This document shows positions 1 through 11,277 of a stretch of 64,000 nucleotides of DNA, piece by piece. The stretch's first letter is position 1; the number at the start of each line of letters is the position of its first letter. The position numbers and the translations under genes were made by a program. The notes under the pieces were generated by a model. That model did no database searches, was not told the DNA's origin, and saw only the letters and a list, made by a program, of their open reading frames with translations. Source of the DNA: Candidatus Chazhemtobacterium aquaticus (GTDB lineage Bacteria; Patescibacteriota; Microgenomatia; UBA1400; Chazhemtobacteraceae); assembly GCF_009936135.1 (NCBI RefSeq), contig NZ_CP047901.1, forward strand, positions 408,984-472,983, given 5' to 3'.

Positions 1-740
1 TTGAATCAGCCAGAATCAATTTTGATCAACAAAAAACTACCAAAGAAGAAAAGCAAGCCGAAATAGAAAGTCTAAAAACCACCCTTGAGAGTCAAAAACA
101 AGTTCTTGGCGCTCAAGAATCCCAAAAACAACAACTTCTAACCGAAACACAAAACAACGAAAAACGTTACCAGCAAATGCTTTCAGATGCTCAAAGACAA
201 CTCGCCGCTTTTAGACGGTTTGTCACTGATCAAGGAGGCGCCTCAATTCTATCTAATCAAACTAGCTGTGACAGTTGGGGGTGTTACTACAATCAACGTG
301 ACAGCCAATGGGGTAATCAGTTAATTGGCTTATCATCAGACAGCACAATGAAAGAATATGGATGCCTTGTTACCTCAATGGCAATAATCGCATCTCATTA
401 CGGTAAATCACTGACACCAGGACAGATTGCTGCGAGTTCAGATCCTTTTTGGCTTAATACCGCTTACATGAGGCAAGGCCAATGGACTGTTAATGGGGTT
501 ACCATGAATAGGACTAGACTTGGATCTTCTCGTAGTCTTATTGATTCAGAACTTGAATCCAATAGACCCGTTGTGGTCGGCATTTACGGTGGTCCTGATC
601 ACTTCATCGTCATTAAATCAAAGGTGGATGGGGAATACATTATGAACGACCCTTTTATCGAGAATGGGAAGGATGTCAAATTTACCGATAAGTACCCCCT
701 TGAGGCAATTTCTGCCGTCGATCGCGTTGTTGTTAACTAG
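1..740 (+). CDS. Coiled-coil (PcsB/CwlO-like) protein with C-terminal C39-like cysteine peptidase; 5'-partial
   Basis: Frame is open from base 3 (ESARINFDQQKTTKEEKQAEIESL..., Q/E/K-rich). C-terminal YNQRD..W, YGCLVTSMA (Cys), HFIVI (His) and MNDP (Asp) motifs. Confidence 0.8.
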   Translation, partial: ESARINFDQQKTTKEEKQAEIESLKTTLESQKQVLGAQESQKQQLLTETQNNEKRYQQMLSDAQRQLAAFRRFVTDQGGASILSNQTSCDSWGCYYNQRDSQWGNQLIGLSSDSTMKEYGCLVTSMAIIASHYGKSLTPGQIAASSDPFWLNTAYMRQGQWTVNGVTMNRTRLGSSRSLIDSELESNRPVVVGIYGGPDHFIVIKSKVDGEYIMNDPFIENGKDVKFTDKYPLEAISAVDRVVVN

Positions 741-770
741 TCACTAAACTTCTCTGCTAAACTCGATTTA

Positions 771-1631
771 ATGCGACAAACCCTTTTGGTCGTAGCTATT
801 CTCACGCTAATTACTTCTTCTGTTTCTCGAGCCAATGCCCTAGTTGTCATTAACGAATTTTGCCCTAATTGTGATCCAGAGTGGGTCGAGTTGTACAACG
901 ATTCCGAAATATCTATCGACCTATCCGGCTGGGAAATCCAAGATGGTAACACTAAATCTACCGATGATCTAACTATCTCAGGTGAGATACCTTCTCAAGG
1001 TATGGCTGTTTATGAGCATCCAAAAGGATGGCTTAACGACTCTAGTGACATCATCAATCTTTATGATAATACAGACAATACTTCACCTGTAGATTCATAC
1101 TCATACACATCGACAGAAGCAGACAAAACATACTCTCGCATTCCTGATGGTTTCGGTGACTTCATTATTACAGATCCAACTAAGGGAGGTTTCAATCAAC
1201 CAGAAGTTACCGCTGAACCAACTGCTACAATCTCATCAAGCCCAACCTTATCTCCAACTCAGATTATCACTACATCTCCTACCCAAACCATTGCCACTTC
1301 TCCGACCCCAACTATGTATAAAACGAACCCGGTTATTGTTGCGACTCCAACCCGAATATTCTCTACTCCGCTAACAACAAAGCCAGACAACCAAGTCAAT
1401 CCAAGCTCTACACTCTCAACTGCTTCTTCTTTTCCCGCCTCAGAAAGCTCTAAAAACACGATCTACCCCGATCTCGTCTTGGGAGAATCGACTCACCCTG
1501 AATTGGCATCAAACGCTAGTGAACCATCTCAGTCAGTCTTAAAAATGCCAATTATAATTACTAGTTCTGGATTGTTGATACTCATATCATTTTTTTCATA
1601 TGTTCTCTACTCTCGAAACCTCAAGAGCTAG
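771..1631 (+). CDS. Lamin-tail-domain surface protein with S/T/P-rich linker and C-terminal TM anchor
   Basis: Signal peptide; VVINEF..EWVELYN..IDLSGW.I.D, LND..D.I.L.D and YSRIPDG motifs; C-terminal hydrophobic helix. Confidence 0.85.
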   Translation: MRQTLLVVAILTLITSSVSRANALVVINEFCPNCDPEWVELYNDSEISIDLSGWEIQDGNTKSTDDLTISGEIPSQGMAVYEHPKGWLNDSSDIINLYDNTDNTSPVDSYSYTSTEADKTYSRIPDGFGDFIITDPTKGGFNQPEVTAEPTATISSSPTLSPTQIITTSPTQTIATSPTPTMYKTNPVIVATPTRIFSTPLTTKPDNQVNPSSTLSTASSFPASESSKNTIYPDLVLGESTHPELASNASEPSQSVLKMPIIITSSGLLILISFFSYVLYSRNLKS

Positions 1632-1652
1632 CGTGGTGATAAAATAGCCTCA

Positions 1653-2030
1653 ATGGCTCACAAAGGCAATAAACCTCAAATAGTTTTACTTAGAACAATC
1701 TATCTGTGGCTGCCTGTTTTCATCTGGATGGGAGTTATCTTCTTTCTTTCAGCCCAACCAGTTCTAAAATCCAACCAAAGCTTTCTTCTCGACTTTTTAA
1801 TAAAAAAGGGTGCTCATGCATTTGAATATGCTCTCTTATTTATACTCTTGTCGCGTGCTCGGAACTATCAACACCACATGACCACTTTTTTGTTCACTCT
1901 TTTATACGCATTTATTGACGAGACACATCAACTCTTCACACCTGGACGAACTGGTACAATTCGCGACGTTCTTTTTTTTGACCTATTAGGCATAATACTA
2001 GCCTGGCTTTATGTGCCGACACGCAAATGA
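1653..2030 (+). CDS. VanZ family membrane protein
   Basis: WMGVIFFLS, KKGAHAFEY and DETHQLFTPGRTG..RDV motifs. Confidence 0.85.
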   Translation: MAHKGNKPQIVLLRTIYLWLPVFIWMGVIFFLSAQPVLKSNQSFLLDFLIKKGAHAFEYALLFILLSRARNYQHHMTTFLFTLLYAFIDETHQLFTPGRTGTIRDVLFFDLLGIILAWLYVPTRK

Positions 2031-2479
2031 CTAAAACTTTTGTCACTCACTCATCAAAACAGACTCAACAAATAGGGAAGGACATGGCAGCCTCTACTCT
2101 TCCAGGTCACCCCATTGTTCTCATGGGCGACCTTGGATCAGGTAAAACTACATTCGTTCAAGGATTTGGTTCATATTTTGGATTTAAACGAATGACTTCT
2201 CCAACCTACACCTTCATTAAGTCGTACAAAATCACCAGTCAAATATCAGAAAACACAAGCTACTGGATCAATCACGTCGATCTCTATCGGGCTGCCACGA
2301 TAAGTGACATTCACAACCTTGGTATACCTGACTTGCTTCACGACCCACTATCCTGGACCTTAATTGAATGGCCTGAACTAATTCTTAATCTCCTACCTAA
2401 AAAAACAATAATAATAAAGTTTACTCAATCAGATAAAAATATGAGAAAAATAGTTGTATCCCACAATCAGACAATATGA
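2027..2479 (+). CDS. tsaE: tRNA t6A biosynthesis ATPase TsaE
   Basis: GDLGSGKTTF, SPTYT, HVDLYR and LIEW motifs. Confidence 0.95.
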   Translation: MTKTFVTHSSKQTQQIGKDMAASTLPGHPIVLMGDLGSGKTTFVQGFGSYFGFKRMTSPTYTFIKSYKITSQISENTSYWINHVDLYRAATISDIHNLGIPDLLHDPLSWTLIEWPELILNLLPKKTIIIKFTQSDKNMRKIVVSHNQTI

Positions 2480-2817
2480 TTTTATACATTGATACTACAA
2501 ATAGTTTAAAAACAATCATTGAAATCAATGACATGCGATTTGTCCAGAATTATTCCTCTCCTCGAGAACAAAACACTCTTCTATTTATTGACAGAGTCCT
2601 CAAAGACAATAATGTTAATCTTAACGACATTACATCCATTAAGGTAAACCCTGGCCCTGGATCATTCACTGGAACCAGAGTTGGAGTAACAATTGCCAAT
2701 ACTCTCGCTCAGTCACTCAATATACCCATCAATGGAAAAAAAACACCAATCAATGTCAATTACGAAAACCCTCCCAATATTACAAAACCAAAAACAGCTC
2801 GAGTCGTTATTAAATAA
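2476..2817 (+). CDS. tsaB: Short TsaB (t6A biosynthesis)
   Basis: MILYIDT start, GPGSFTGTRVGVTIAN motif; overlaps tsaE. Confidence 0.9.
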   Translation: MILYIDTTNSLKTIIEINDMRFVQNYSSPREQNTLLFIDRVLKDNNVNLNDITSIKVNPGPGSFTGTRVGVTIANTLAQSLNIPINGKKTPINVNYENPPNITKPKTARVVIK

Positions 2818-2827
2818 TTATGACAAA

Positions 2828-3811
2828 ATGAAAGTCCTTGTTGTTGGAGGTGCCGGGTACATTGGTAGTATTACCAATTCAGAGCTTAAAAAAGCCAACT
2901 TTGAAACTGTTGTCTTCGATTCGCTTGAAAATGGTCATAAATGGGCTATAAAAAACACCAAACTAATCAGGGGTAATCTCCTCAACATTGATGAAATTAA
3001 AAACGCACTAAAATCTGAAAAGCCAGATGGTGTTATCCACTTCGCGGCATACATCGAAGCGGGAGAATCTATGATCGATCCAGCGAAATACTATCGCAAC
3101 AACATCATTGGATCTCTTAACCTGCTTGACGCAATGGTTCAGACGAATGCAAACAACCTAGTTTTTTCTTCAACTGCAGCCGTTTACGGAAATCCAAAAA
3201 GGATTCCTATAGCTGAGAAATCGCCAAAAAAACCCACGAATTGTTATGGAGAAACTAAGCTAGCCGTTGAAAAGATGATCAAATGGTTCCATAAGATTCA
3301 CAATATTAACTATGTCACATTGCGTTATTTCAATGCATCAGGTGCCACAATTGACGGGTCTCTCGGAGAAGCTCATCAACCTGAATCGCATATTATTCCA
3401 ATTTTTTTAACACATATCCTTCAAGAGAGAGATTTTGCAATCTTTGGCGATGACTACAACACTCCTGATGGCACCTGTGTTAGAGACTATATTCATGTGA
3501 ATGACCTAGCTTCTGCCCATATTCTCGCCCTTAAGGCACTTCTAAGCAAGCAGAATCACAAGATCAATACTGCGTATAACGTTGGTACTGGCAAAGGGTA
3601 TTCGAACAAGGAGATTGCCGAGAAAATTATTCAAATCACAAAAACAAAGAATTCATATCAAATAGAGCCTAGACGCTCAGGAGATCCGGATGAATTAGTC
3701 GCCAATTCTAACAAGATAAAGCAAGTACTAAATTGGTCCCCCAAACATTCTGATTTGGAAACAATCATCACCACGGCCTTCAGGTGGCACAACAAATACA
3801 ACACAGCTTGA
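2828..3811 (+). CDS. galE: UDP-glucose 4-epimerase
   Basis: MKVLVVGGAGYIGS, HFAA, FSSTAAVYG, YGETK, LRYFN and DGTCVRDYIHV. Start moved to ATG 2828. Confidence 0.95.
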   Translation: MKVLVVGGAGYIGSITNSELKKANFETVVFDSLENGHKWAIKNTKLIRGNLLNIDEIKNALKSEKPDGVIHFAAYIEAGESMIDPAKYYRNNIIGSLNLLDAMVQTNANNLVFSSTAAVYGNPKRIPIAEKSPKKPTNCYGETKLAVEKMIKWFHKIHNINYVTLRYFNASGATIDGSLGEAHQPESHIIPIFLTHILQERDFAIFGDDYNTPDGTCVRDYIHVNDLASAHILALKALLSKQNHKINTAYNVGTGKGYSNKEIAEKIIQITKTKNSYQIEPRRSGDPDELVANSNKIKQVLNWSPKHSDLETIITTAFRWHNKYNTA

Positions 3812-3836
3812 TTACTTAGTTGTGTCAGTGTAAAAT
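3808..3836 (+). promoter_or_regulatory. sigma70-type promoter of the 16S gene
   Basis: TTGATT-17 nt-TAAAAT about 200 nt upstream of 16S. Confidence 0.6.
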
Positions 3837-4041
3837 ACTGACCACAGCCTACGCAGCGATTTCACTGCTTTTTGTGTTGTTTTTGTAGTTCATTTACAGC
3901 GTGAGCCTGTAATCAGGTTCACTACATCACATCTATCACATCTTAATGCATAAGCAAAGTTATCTGAGATGTGACAGGAAGTGCGATTCTTAAGTCAAGA
4001 ACTTAAATTTGAACCTTTATTAAAGGTTCGGATTAAACTCT

Positions 4042-5520
<1,479 letters not shown>

Positions 5521-5649
5521 AGGAGTATCAAAAAGGGATTTTCACGAGTCCGCCCGCAAGGGAAGCATACGCCAGACCATTGTGGTTGGGTCTTTAAAAC
5601 TAATTCACGGCGCAATTTCCTGTCACTTCTCAGATAATTCAAACAATCT

Positions 5650-5673
5650 AAAACCCACTTAATGTGGGTTTTT
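5650..5673 (+). terminator. Intrinsic terminator after 16S
   Basis: AAAACCCAC-TTAAT-GTGGGTTTTT hairpin with T-tract. Confidence 0.7.
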
Positions 5674-5706
5674 GTGTGCCTATCTGTTAAAATAAACCAT
5701 CACTCC

Positions 5707-5783
5707 GGGCGATTAGCTCAGTCGGTTAGAGCGCGGTCCTGATAAGACCGAGGTCCTTGGTTCGATTCCAAGATCGCCCACCA
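5707..5783 (+). tRNA. tRNA-Ile(GAT)
   Basis: Cloverleaf, CT-GAT-AA anticodon loop, GGTTCGATTCC T-arm, encoded CCA; extended -10 TGTTAAAAT at 5685-5693. Confidence 0.98.
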
Positions 5784-5958
5784 ATTCAGACATTCTTTCC
5801 CATAATGTGTCATAATGTACTCACGTAATTACCTGTATGTACCTCATACAGCGGGAGAGTGAAGCAAAGTTAGTCTGATCCACCAAGTAATTCACGTTAT
5901 ATATCAAGTTGAGTGAGTCAACGTACTTTAGTATTGATTCATCAATTTACCTTTTCCC

Positions 5959-6222
5959 ATGGCTAAAAAACTATATGTAGGGAATATTAGTTATCAATTT
6001 ACTGACGAACAGCTCAAACAGTTGTTCGAAGAGGTGGGACCTGTTACTTCTGCCACCATCATCATGGACAAATTCTCCGGACGCAGCAAAGGCTTCGGTT
6101 TTGTAGAGTTCGAAAAAGACGAAGATGCTGATGCCGCTATTGAAAAATTCAATGGCCAAGAGGTTGACGGTCGTGCTTTGAATGTAAATGTTGCCCGTCC
6201 TCCCAAGGAAAGCAATAACTAA
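5959..6222 (+). CDS. Single-RRM RNA-binding protein
   Basis: RNP2 LYVGNI and RNP1 KGFGFVEF. Confidence 0.95.
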   Translation: MAKKLYVGNISYQFTDEQLKQLFEEVGPVTSATIIMDKFSGRSKGFGFVEFEKDEDADAAIEKFNGQEVDGRALNVNVARPPKESNN

Positions 6223-6239
6223 AAAAACTCTTTAGTAAC

Positions 6240-6267
6240 AAAAGCCCGGGTTAATCCCGGGCTTTTT
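6240..6267 (+). terminator. Intrinsic terminator (possibly bidirectional)
   Basis: AAAAGCCCGGG-TTAAT-CCCGGGCTTTTT. Confidence 0.85.
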
Positions 6268-6329
6268 GTATTCACTGCAAAACTCATTTGTTACAATGTG
6301 CCCATCGCTCATCACAATTAGGAGGCTGT

Positions 6330-6497
6330 ATGTTAGAGGGTAAGGCTTCTCCTCACCGGTGTATTTTTACTAGGTTTCTAAAAAGGAAACCAAACCCCAC
6401 GCAATATCACACTTACCAGTATAGCAGCAGAGGATTACTACGAGCCAAGCGCCTGGCAGATATGAGAGCCAGGCAAAATCAACCTCAGAAATCCTGA
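6330..6497 (+). CDS. Small basic orphan protein (55 aa)
   Basis: TACAAT -10, AGGAGG Shine-Dalgarno before ATG 6330, terminator just downstream. Confidence 0.55.
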   Translation: MLEGKASPHRCIFTRFLKRKPNPTQYHTYQYSSRGLLRAKRLADMRARQNQPQKS

Positions 6498-6502
6498 ACC
6501 GG

Positions 6503-6543
6503 GAAGCCGGTAGCGCACCCTCAGCCCTACCGGCTTTCTTTTT
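6503..6543 (+). terminator. Intrinsic terminator
   Basis: AAGCCGGTAG...CTACCGGCTT followed by a T-rich tract. Confidence 0.7.
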
Positions 6544-7171
6544 CTCTAAAGACACTCACACCATTGGATATTTCATCCCCAATACTCGTCTCTTCACCAT
6601 GTCCAGGCATCACCCTAGTTTCTTTAGGCAACTTGCTTAATCCAATTAGACTCGTTCTCATGGCCTCGGGATCAGAATAACTAAAATCCACTCTCCCGAT
6701 CCCATTTTTAAACAACACATCTCCACTAAATAACACACCACGTTTCTCACTATACAAACACACACTTCCTGGGGTATGACCCGGCACTTCAATCACTTTA
6801 AAAACCTCTTCTCCAAATTTAATCAAATCCCCATTTTTCACCCATTGATCCACCTTAGGCATCGGCAAACCTCTTTGCCCAGTCCAATACTCGCGACTTC
6901 TGCCAGACTCAACATATATCCTTTCATCATTTTTGTTCATTAATATTAAAGCCTGATAATTAAGTTTAACTTCCAACACCGCTTGCACGTGATCAAAATG
7001 ACCGTGTGTCAAAAAGATCGCCTTTATCTTAATCTGCTCACGCATAATCTCCTCAGAAATGAACTCACCCTCATCCCCCGGATCAATAACAATACCCTCT
7101 CTACTTCCCTCATCCCATACCAAATAGCAATTAGCTTTAAGCTCACCAACCGGCAACTTTTTTATCTTCAT
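6527..7171 (-). CDS. Metallo-beta-lactamase-fold hydrolase (glyoxalase II/YcbL-like)
   Basis: NCYLV, IDPG, THGHFDH, PGHTPG, SGD and PGHG motifs. Start moved to MKIKKLPVG. Confidence 0.92.
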   Translation of the reverse strand: MKIKKLPVGELKANCYLVWDEGSREGIVIDPGDEGEFISEEIMREQIKIKAIFLTHGHFDHVQAVLEVKLNYQALILMNKNDERIYVESGRSREYWTGQRGLPMPKVDQWVKNGDLIKFGEEVFKVIEVPGHTPGSVCLYSEKRGVLFSGDVLFKNGIGRVDFSYSDPEAMRTSLIGLSKLPKETRVMPGHGEETSIGDEISNGVSVFREKESR

Positions 7172-7235
7172 AACACCCATCCTCTTATATTGCCCAAACC
7201 CTTTCCAAAGATCAAATCTCCTGATATAATACGCC

Positions 7236-7341
7236 TTGCCGGAAGAGCCATTGATATGCCAAAGTCTTACCAAACCAAGACCCCTATTTCCTAATCAGTA
7301 AGCACCTTTGGACTAATAGCCTCCGGAAACGGAGCTTTTTT
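7236..7341 (+). ncRNA. Candidate small RNA or attenuator leader
   Basis: TG-A-TATAAT at 7222-7230; stem CCAAAG-T-CTTAC/GTAAG-CAC-CTTTGG; terminator CTCCG-GAAA-CGGAG with T-tract. Confidence 0.4.
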
Positions 7342-7392
7342 ATTTTTAAACCGCACTTTACCTACAGCCTACCTCGTTAACATATAAAACGA

Positions 7393-7468
7393 GGGCCGCT
7401 AGCTCATCTGGTAGAGCACTTCATTTGCAATGAAGAGGTGGCCGGTTCGAGCCCGGCGCGGTCCACCA
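7393..7468 (+). tRNA. tRNA-Ala(TGC)
   Basis: Cloverleaf, TGC anticodon, G3:U70 identity pair, encoded CCA. Confidence 0.98.
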
Positions 7469-8109
7469 ATGACCACCAACCAGTGATTTTTCATTTTTAA
7501 AAGTCACTGCTTGTTGGCACATTGCTCAACATAATTGGTTCTTTGACAAGTGAATAGAACAAACTTGCATCTTAAGTGATGCAATTTGGTCGCATGAATC
7601 CGCCTCAAAACGGATTCAAAAATAGCAAAATTTCAAATTTAATTTATTCGCGAAAAGTAGATAGCGGATGCCTAGGCAATAAGAGCCGAAGAAGGACGTT
7701 TTAAGCCCGCGAAAGTCGCCGGGGAGCTGGCAAAAAGCTTCGATCCGGCGGTGTCCGAATGGGGTAACCCCCTCTGATTCAAACCAGAGGAGCTTGACGT
7801 GTAATGTGTCAAGTTGGTAAGTCGGGGAACTGAAATATCTAAGTACCCGGAAGAAAAGAAATCGCAGAGATTCCCTGAGTAAGCGACGAGCGAAAAGGGA
7901 ACAGCCCAAACCCAATTTATTGGGGGTTGTAGGGCTCTCATACGCTACAGGTAAGGTTAGAAAAACAATCATGGAATGGAAGGCCATAGAAGGTGAAAGC
8001 CCTGTATTCAAAAACCAAGCCTGAGTAGAGAGACTCCTGAGTACTTCTGGAGACGGCAAACTCCAGTAGGAATCTGGGCCGACCACGGTCCAAGGCTAAA
8101 TACTCTTAT

Positions 8110-8150
<41 letters not shown>

Positions 8151-10247
8151 ACGGGTGAGACACCCTGTGAAAAGATCCTGAAACTATCTACTAACAAACA
8201 GTCAGAGCCGTGCTTGCACGGTGATGGCGTGCCTATTGAAGAATGAGCCGGCGAGTTATTCCATACAGCAAGGTTAAGCATTTTCCGATGCGAAGCCGAA
8301 GGGAAACCGAGTCCTAACAGGGCGACTTAGTTGTGTGGGGTAGACCCGAAACCAGGTGAGCTAACCATGAGCAGGGTGAAGCGAGGGTAAAATCTCGTGG
8401 AGGCCCGAACCGTTGTATGTCGCAAAATGCTCGGATGACTTGTGGTTAGGGGTAAAATGCCAAACGAACCTGGAGATAGCTGGTTCTCTCCGAAACACGT
8501 CTAGGCGTGGTCTCGTGTAAAAGTTTGTCGGGGGTAGAGCACTGAATGGGCCTTGGGACGCAAGTTCTAATGTCCAATCAAACTCCGAATACCGACGTAA
8601 TGTTTCACGGGAATCAGTGCCCGGGGGCTAAGCTCCGGGGGCGAAAGGGAAACATCCCAGATCTTCGTGTAAGGTCTCTAAATATATGCTAAGTGGGAAA
8701 GGAAGTCATTATCCTCAGACACCTAGGAGGTCGGCTTAGAAGCAGCCATCCTTTAAAGAAAGCGTAACAGCTCACTAGCCGAGGGTCGTGGCGCCGAAGA
8801 TGTAACGAGGCTCAAGCATATTACCGAACACAAGGGTTCCAGTTTACTGGAACGGTAGGAGAGCGTTCTTGTGGCGTTGAAGGCAGACTGTAAGGTCTGT
8901 TGGAGCAGCAAGAAGTGAGAATGCTGGCATAAGTAGCGAAATTGGAGTGCGAATCTCCAACACCGAACACCCAAGGTTTCCAACGCCACGTTCGTCGACG
9001 TTGGGTTAGGCGGCCCTAAGGCGAGGCCATTTGGCGTAGCCGATGGATTACCGGTTGATATTCCGGTTCTTGTACAGGATCGTTATGAGTTGGGGCGTGA
9101 CGTAATTGGCTATTCCGAGCGGTGTGATGAAGTTACACACGTTCAAGCAGTAAGTCAGTCTTGATAGGCAAATCCGTCAAGGCGTTTACACGAGCTGTTA
9201 ATACAAGGCTGCGGGCAACCAAGGCCGAGTCGGATGAAGTCAGTTACCGAGAAAAGCGTCGCAACCAGAGTCTGTGCAATCCGTACCGATAACCGACACT
9301 GGTGGGTGGGTCGAGAAGACCAAGGTGAGCGAGAGAACCTCTTTTAAGGAACTCGGCAAATTAGCTGGGCGTAACTTTGGGAGATGCCCTGCCTGTAGCA
9401 ATACAGGCCGCAGCAAATGATTGGGGAGGGACTGTTTAACAAAAACACAGGTCTATGCAAACTCGAAAGAGTCCGTATATGGGCTGAAACCTGCCCAGTG
9501 CCGGAAGGTTAATTGCGGGAGTGATCTGTCTTCGGACAGCTAGCTTCCAATCGAAGCCCCGGTGAACGGCAGCAGTAACTATAACTGTTCTATGGTAGCG
9601 TAATTCCTTGTCGGGTAAGTTCCGACGTGCACGAAAGGTTAAACCACTTCCCAACTGTCTTGAAAGAGGACTCGGCGAATTTGAAATGGCTGTGAAGATG
9701 CGGCCTACTAACAGAAGGACAAAAAGACCCCGTAGAGCTTTACTACAACTTGACACTGGGTTGTGTTTTCTAATTGTTTAGCATAGGAGGGAGGGCTTCA
9801 TTTATGTTGCCCGCCAATGAAATACCTCTCTTTAGAGAACGCAATCCTCACCTAAGTTGTCTGCAAACGGCAACAGAGACACTGTCTGGTGGGTAGTTTA
9901 ACTGGGGAGGTTGCTTGCTAAAGAGTAACGCAAGCGTACAAAGGTATCCTTAGTCTGGATGGAAACCAGACTGTAAGCACATGGGTATAAGGATGCTTAA
10001 CTGTGAGACATACAAGTCGATCAGAGACGAAAGTCGGTCCAAGTGATCCTCGTGCGCTTTGTGGAAGGCGCCGGGCTTAACGGATAAAAGCTACCTCGGG
10101 GATAACAGAGTAGTTGCACCTAAGCGTCCCTAGCGACGGTGCAGTTCGCTACCTCGATGTCGGCTCAGGGTATCCTGGGGGTGAAGAAGCTCCCAAGGGT
10201 TGGTCTGTTCGCCCATTAAAACCCTACGCGAGCTGGGTTCAGACCGT

Positions 10248-11018
10248 TCAGAAGCTAAATAATTGGCTTTTGAACCATCTGAACCCTTAAAAGACATCAA
10301 TTACGACGGCGCTCAACAGTAATGTTGAGATGAAAAAATCGACTCATATCGATGAACTCCTAACATGAACACTAACCTGTCATGTGTTAGGATAATATCG
10401 AGGGAAGTCGCAGTCCTGTATTTATGAAAAAAACGCTTCAAGCATATTTAGCTGGCTTCTTGGACGCAGATGGAAGTATTTATGTCCGTCTCAAACCAAA
10501 TTCTACCTATAGATACGACTATCAAGTCGCACCGTCAGTCGTCTTTTTTCAAAAAGACACTGAAAAAGAGTTCCTGAACAAGCTCCAAAAACAGGTAAAA
10601 CTAGGTTATTTACGATATCGTAAAGACGGCATTATTGAATACACAATAGGTGACAGAGAATCTATAAGAAAGATTATAGAAATCACTCTCCCCTATCTTC
10701 GTCTAAAAAAGAAACAAGCACAATTAATGCTAAACATTTTAGATTATTCCAAATCAGTTAATTCTGCTCAAGATTTTCTTGAGTTAGCAAAATTGATTGA
10801 TAAATTTGAGAAACTAAATTTTTCAAAAAAACGCACCATAAATACACAGAGGGTTCGTCACCATCTGCAACAAAAAGGATTGTTGACCCCGTAGAGACTC
10901 ATTCCAATGACAATGGAATGGAGTAATCACAAATTGATTACTAACACGTCGATCCCCTTATCAGAATTATAAGGGTGATGGTATAGTCCATGCTTCTAGT
11001 AATAGGAGAGATTACATG
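10248..11018 (+). mobile_element. Group I intron (subgroup IA-like) at 23S position 2593
   Basis: Splits AGACCGT^CGTGAGACAG. Exon ends in U and intron ends in G. Core elements CGTAGAGACT (~10890) and GATGGTATAGTCCA (~10977). Confidence 0.93.
10424..10894 (+). CDS. Single-motif LAGLIDADG homing endonuclease (I-CreI/I-MsoI family)
   Basis: YLAGFLDADGSIYVRLKPN..Y.Y.YQV; located in an L2593 intron. Confidence 0.93.
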   Translation: MKKTLQAYLAGFLDADGSIYVRLKPNSTYRYDYQVAPSVVFFQKDTEKEFLNKLQKQVKLGYLRYRKDGIIEYTIGDRESIRKIIEITLPYLRLKKKQAQLMLNILDYSKSVNSAQDFLELAKLIDKFEKLNFSKKRTINTQRVRHHLQQKGLLTP

Positions 11019-11239
11019 CGTGAGACAGGTCGGTCTCTATCCTCTGTTAGCGTTAGATTCTTGAGGGAATTCGACTCTAGTACGAGAGGACCGAGTTGCG
11101 CCAATCCCTAGTGTGCCAGTTGTCACTGTCAAGTGCATCGCTGGGTAGCTACATTGGTTTGGGATAACTGCTGAAAGCATCTAAGCAGGAAGCCCTTCCC
11201 AAGATGAGGAATCTGTGGCTCTTTTAGAGCCGGGAGACT

Positions 11240-11277
<38 letters not shown>

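Noticed and set aside
2693-2827. N-terminal extensions of galE (also MBL 7172-7273, sortase 14757-14834, adhesin 15457-15537, 38187-38273)
   Set aside because: Family N-termini and promoter positions indicate the downstream ATGs.
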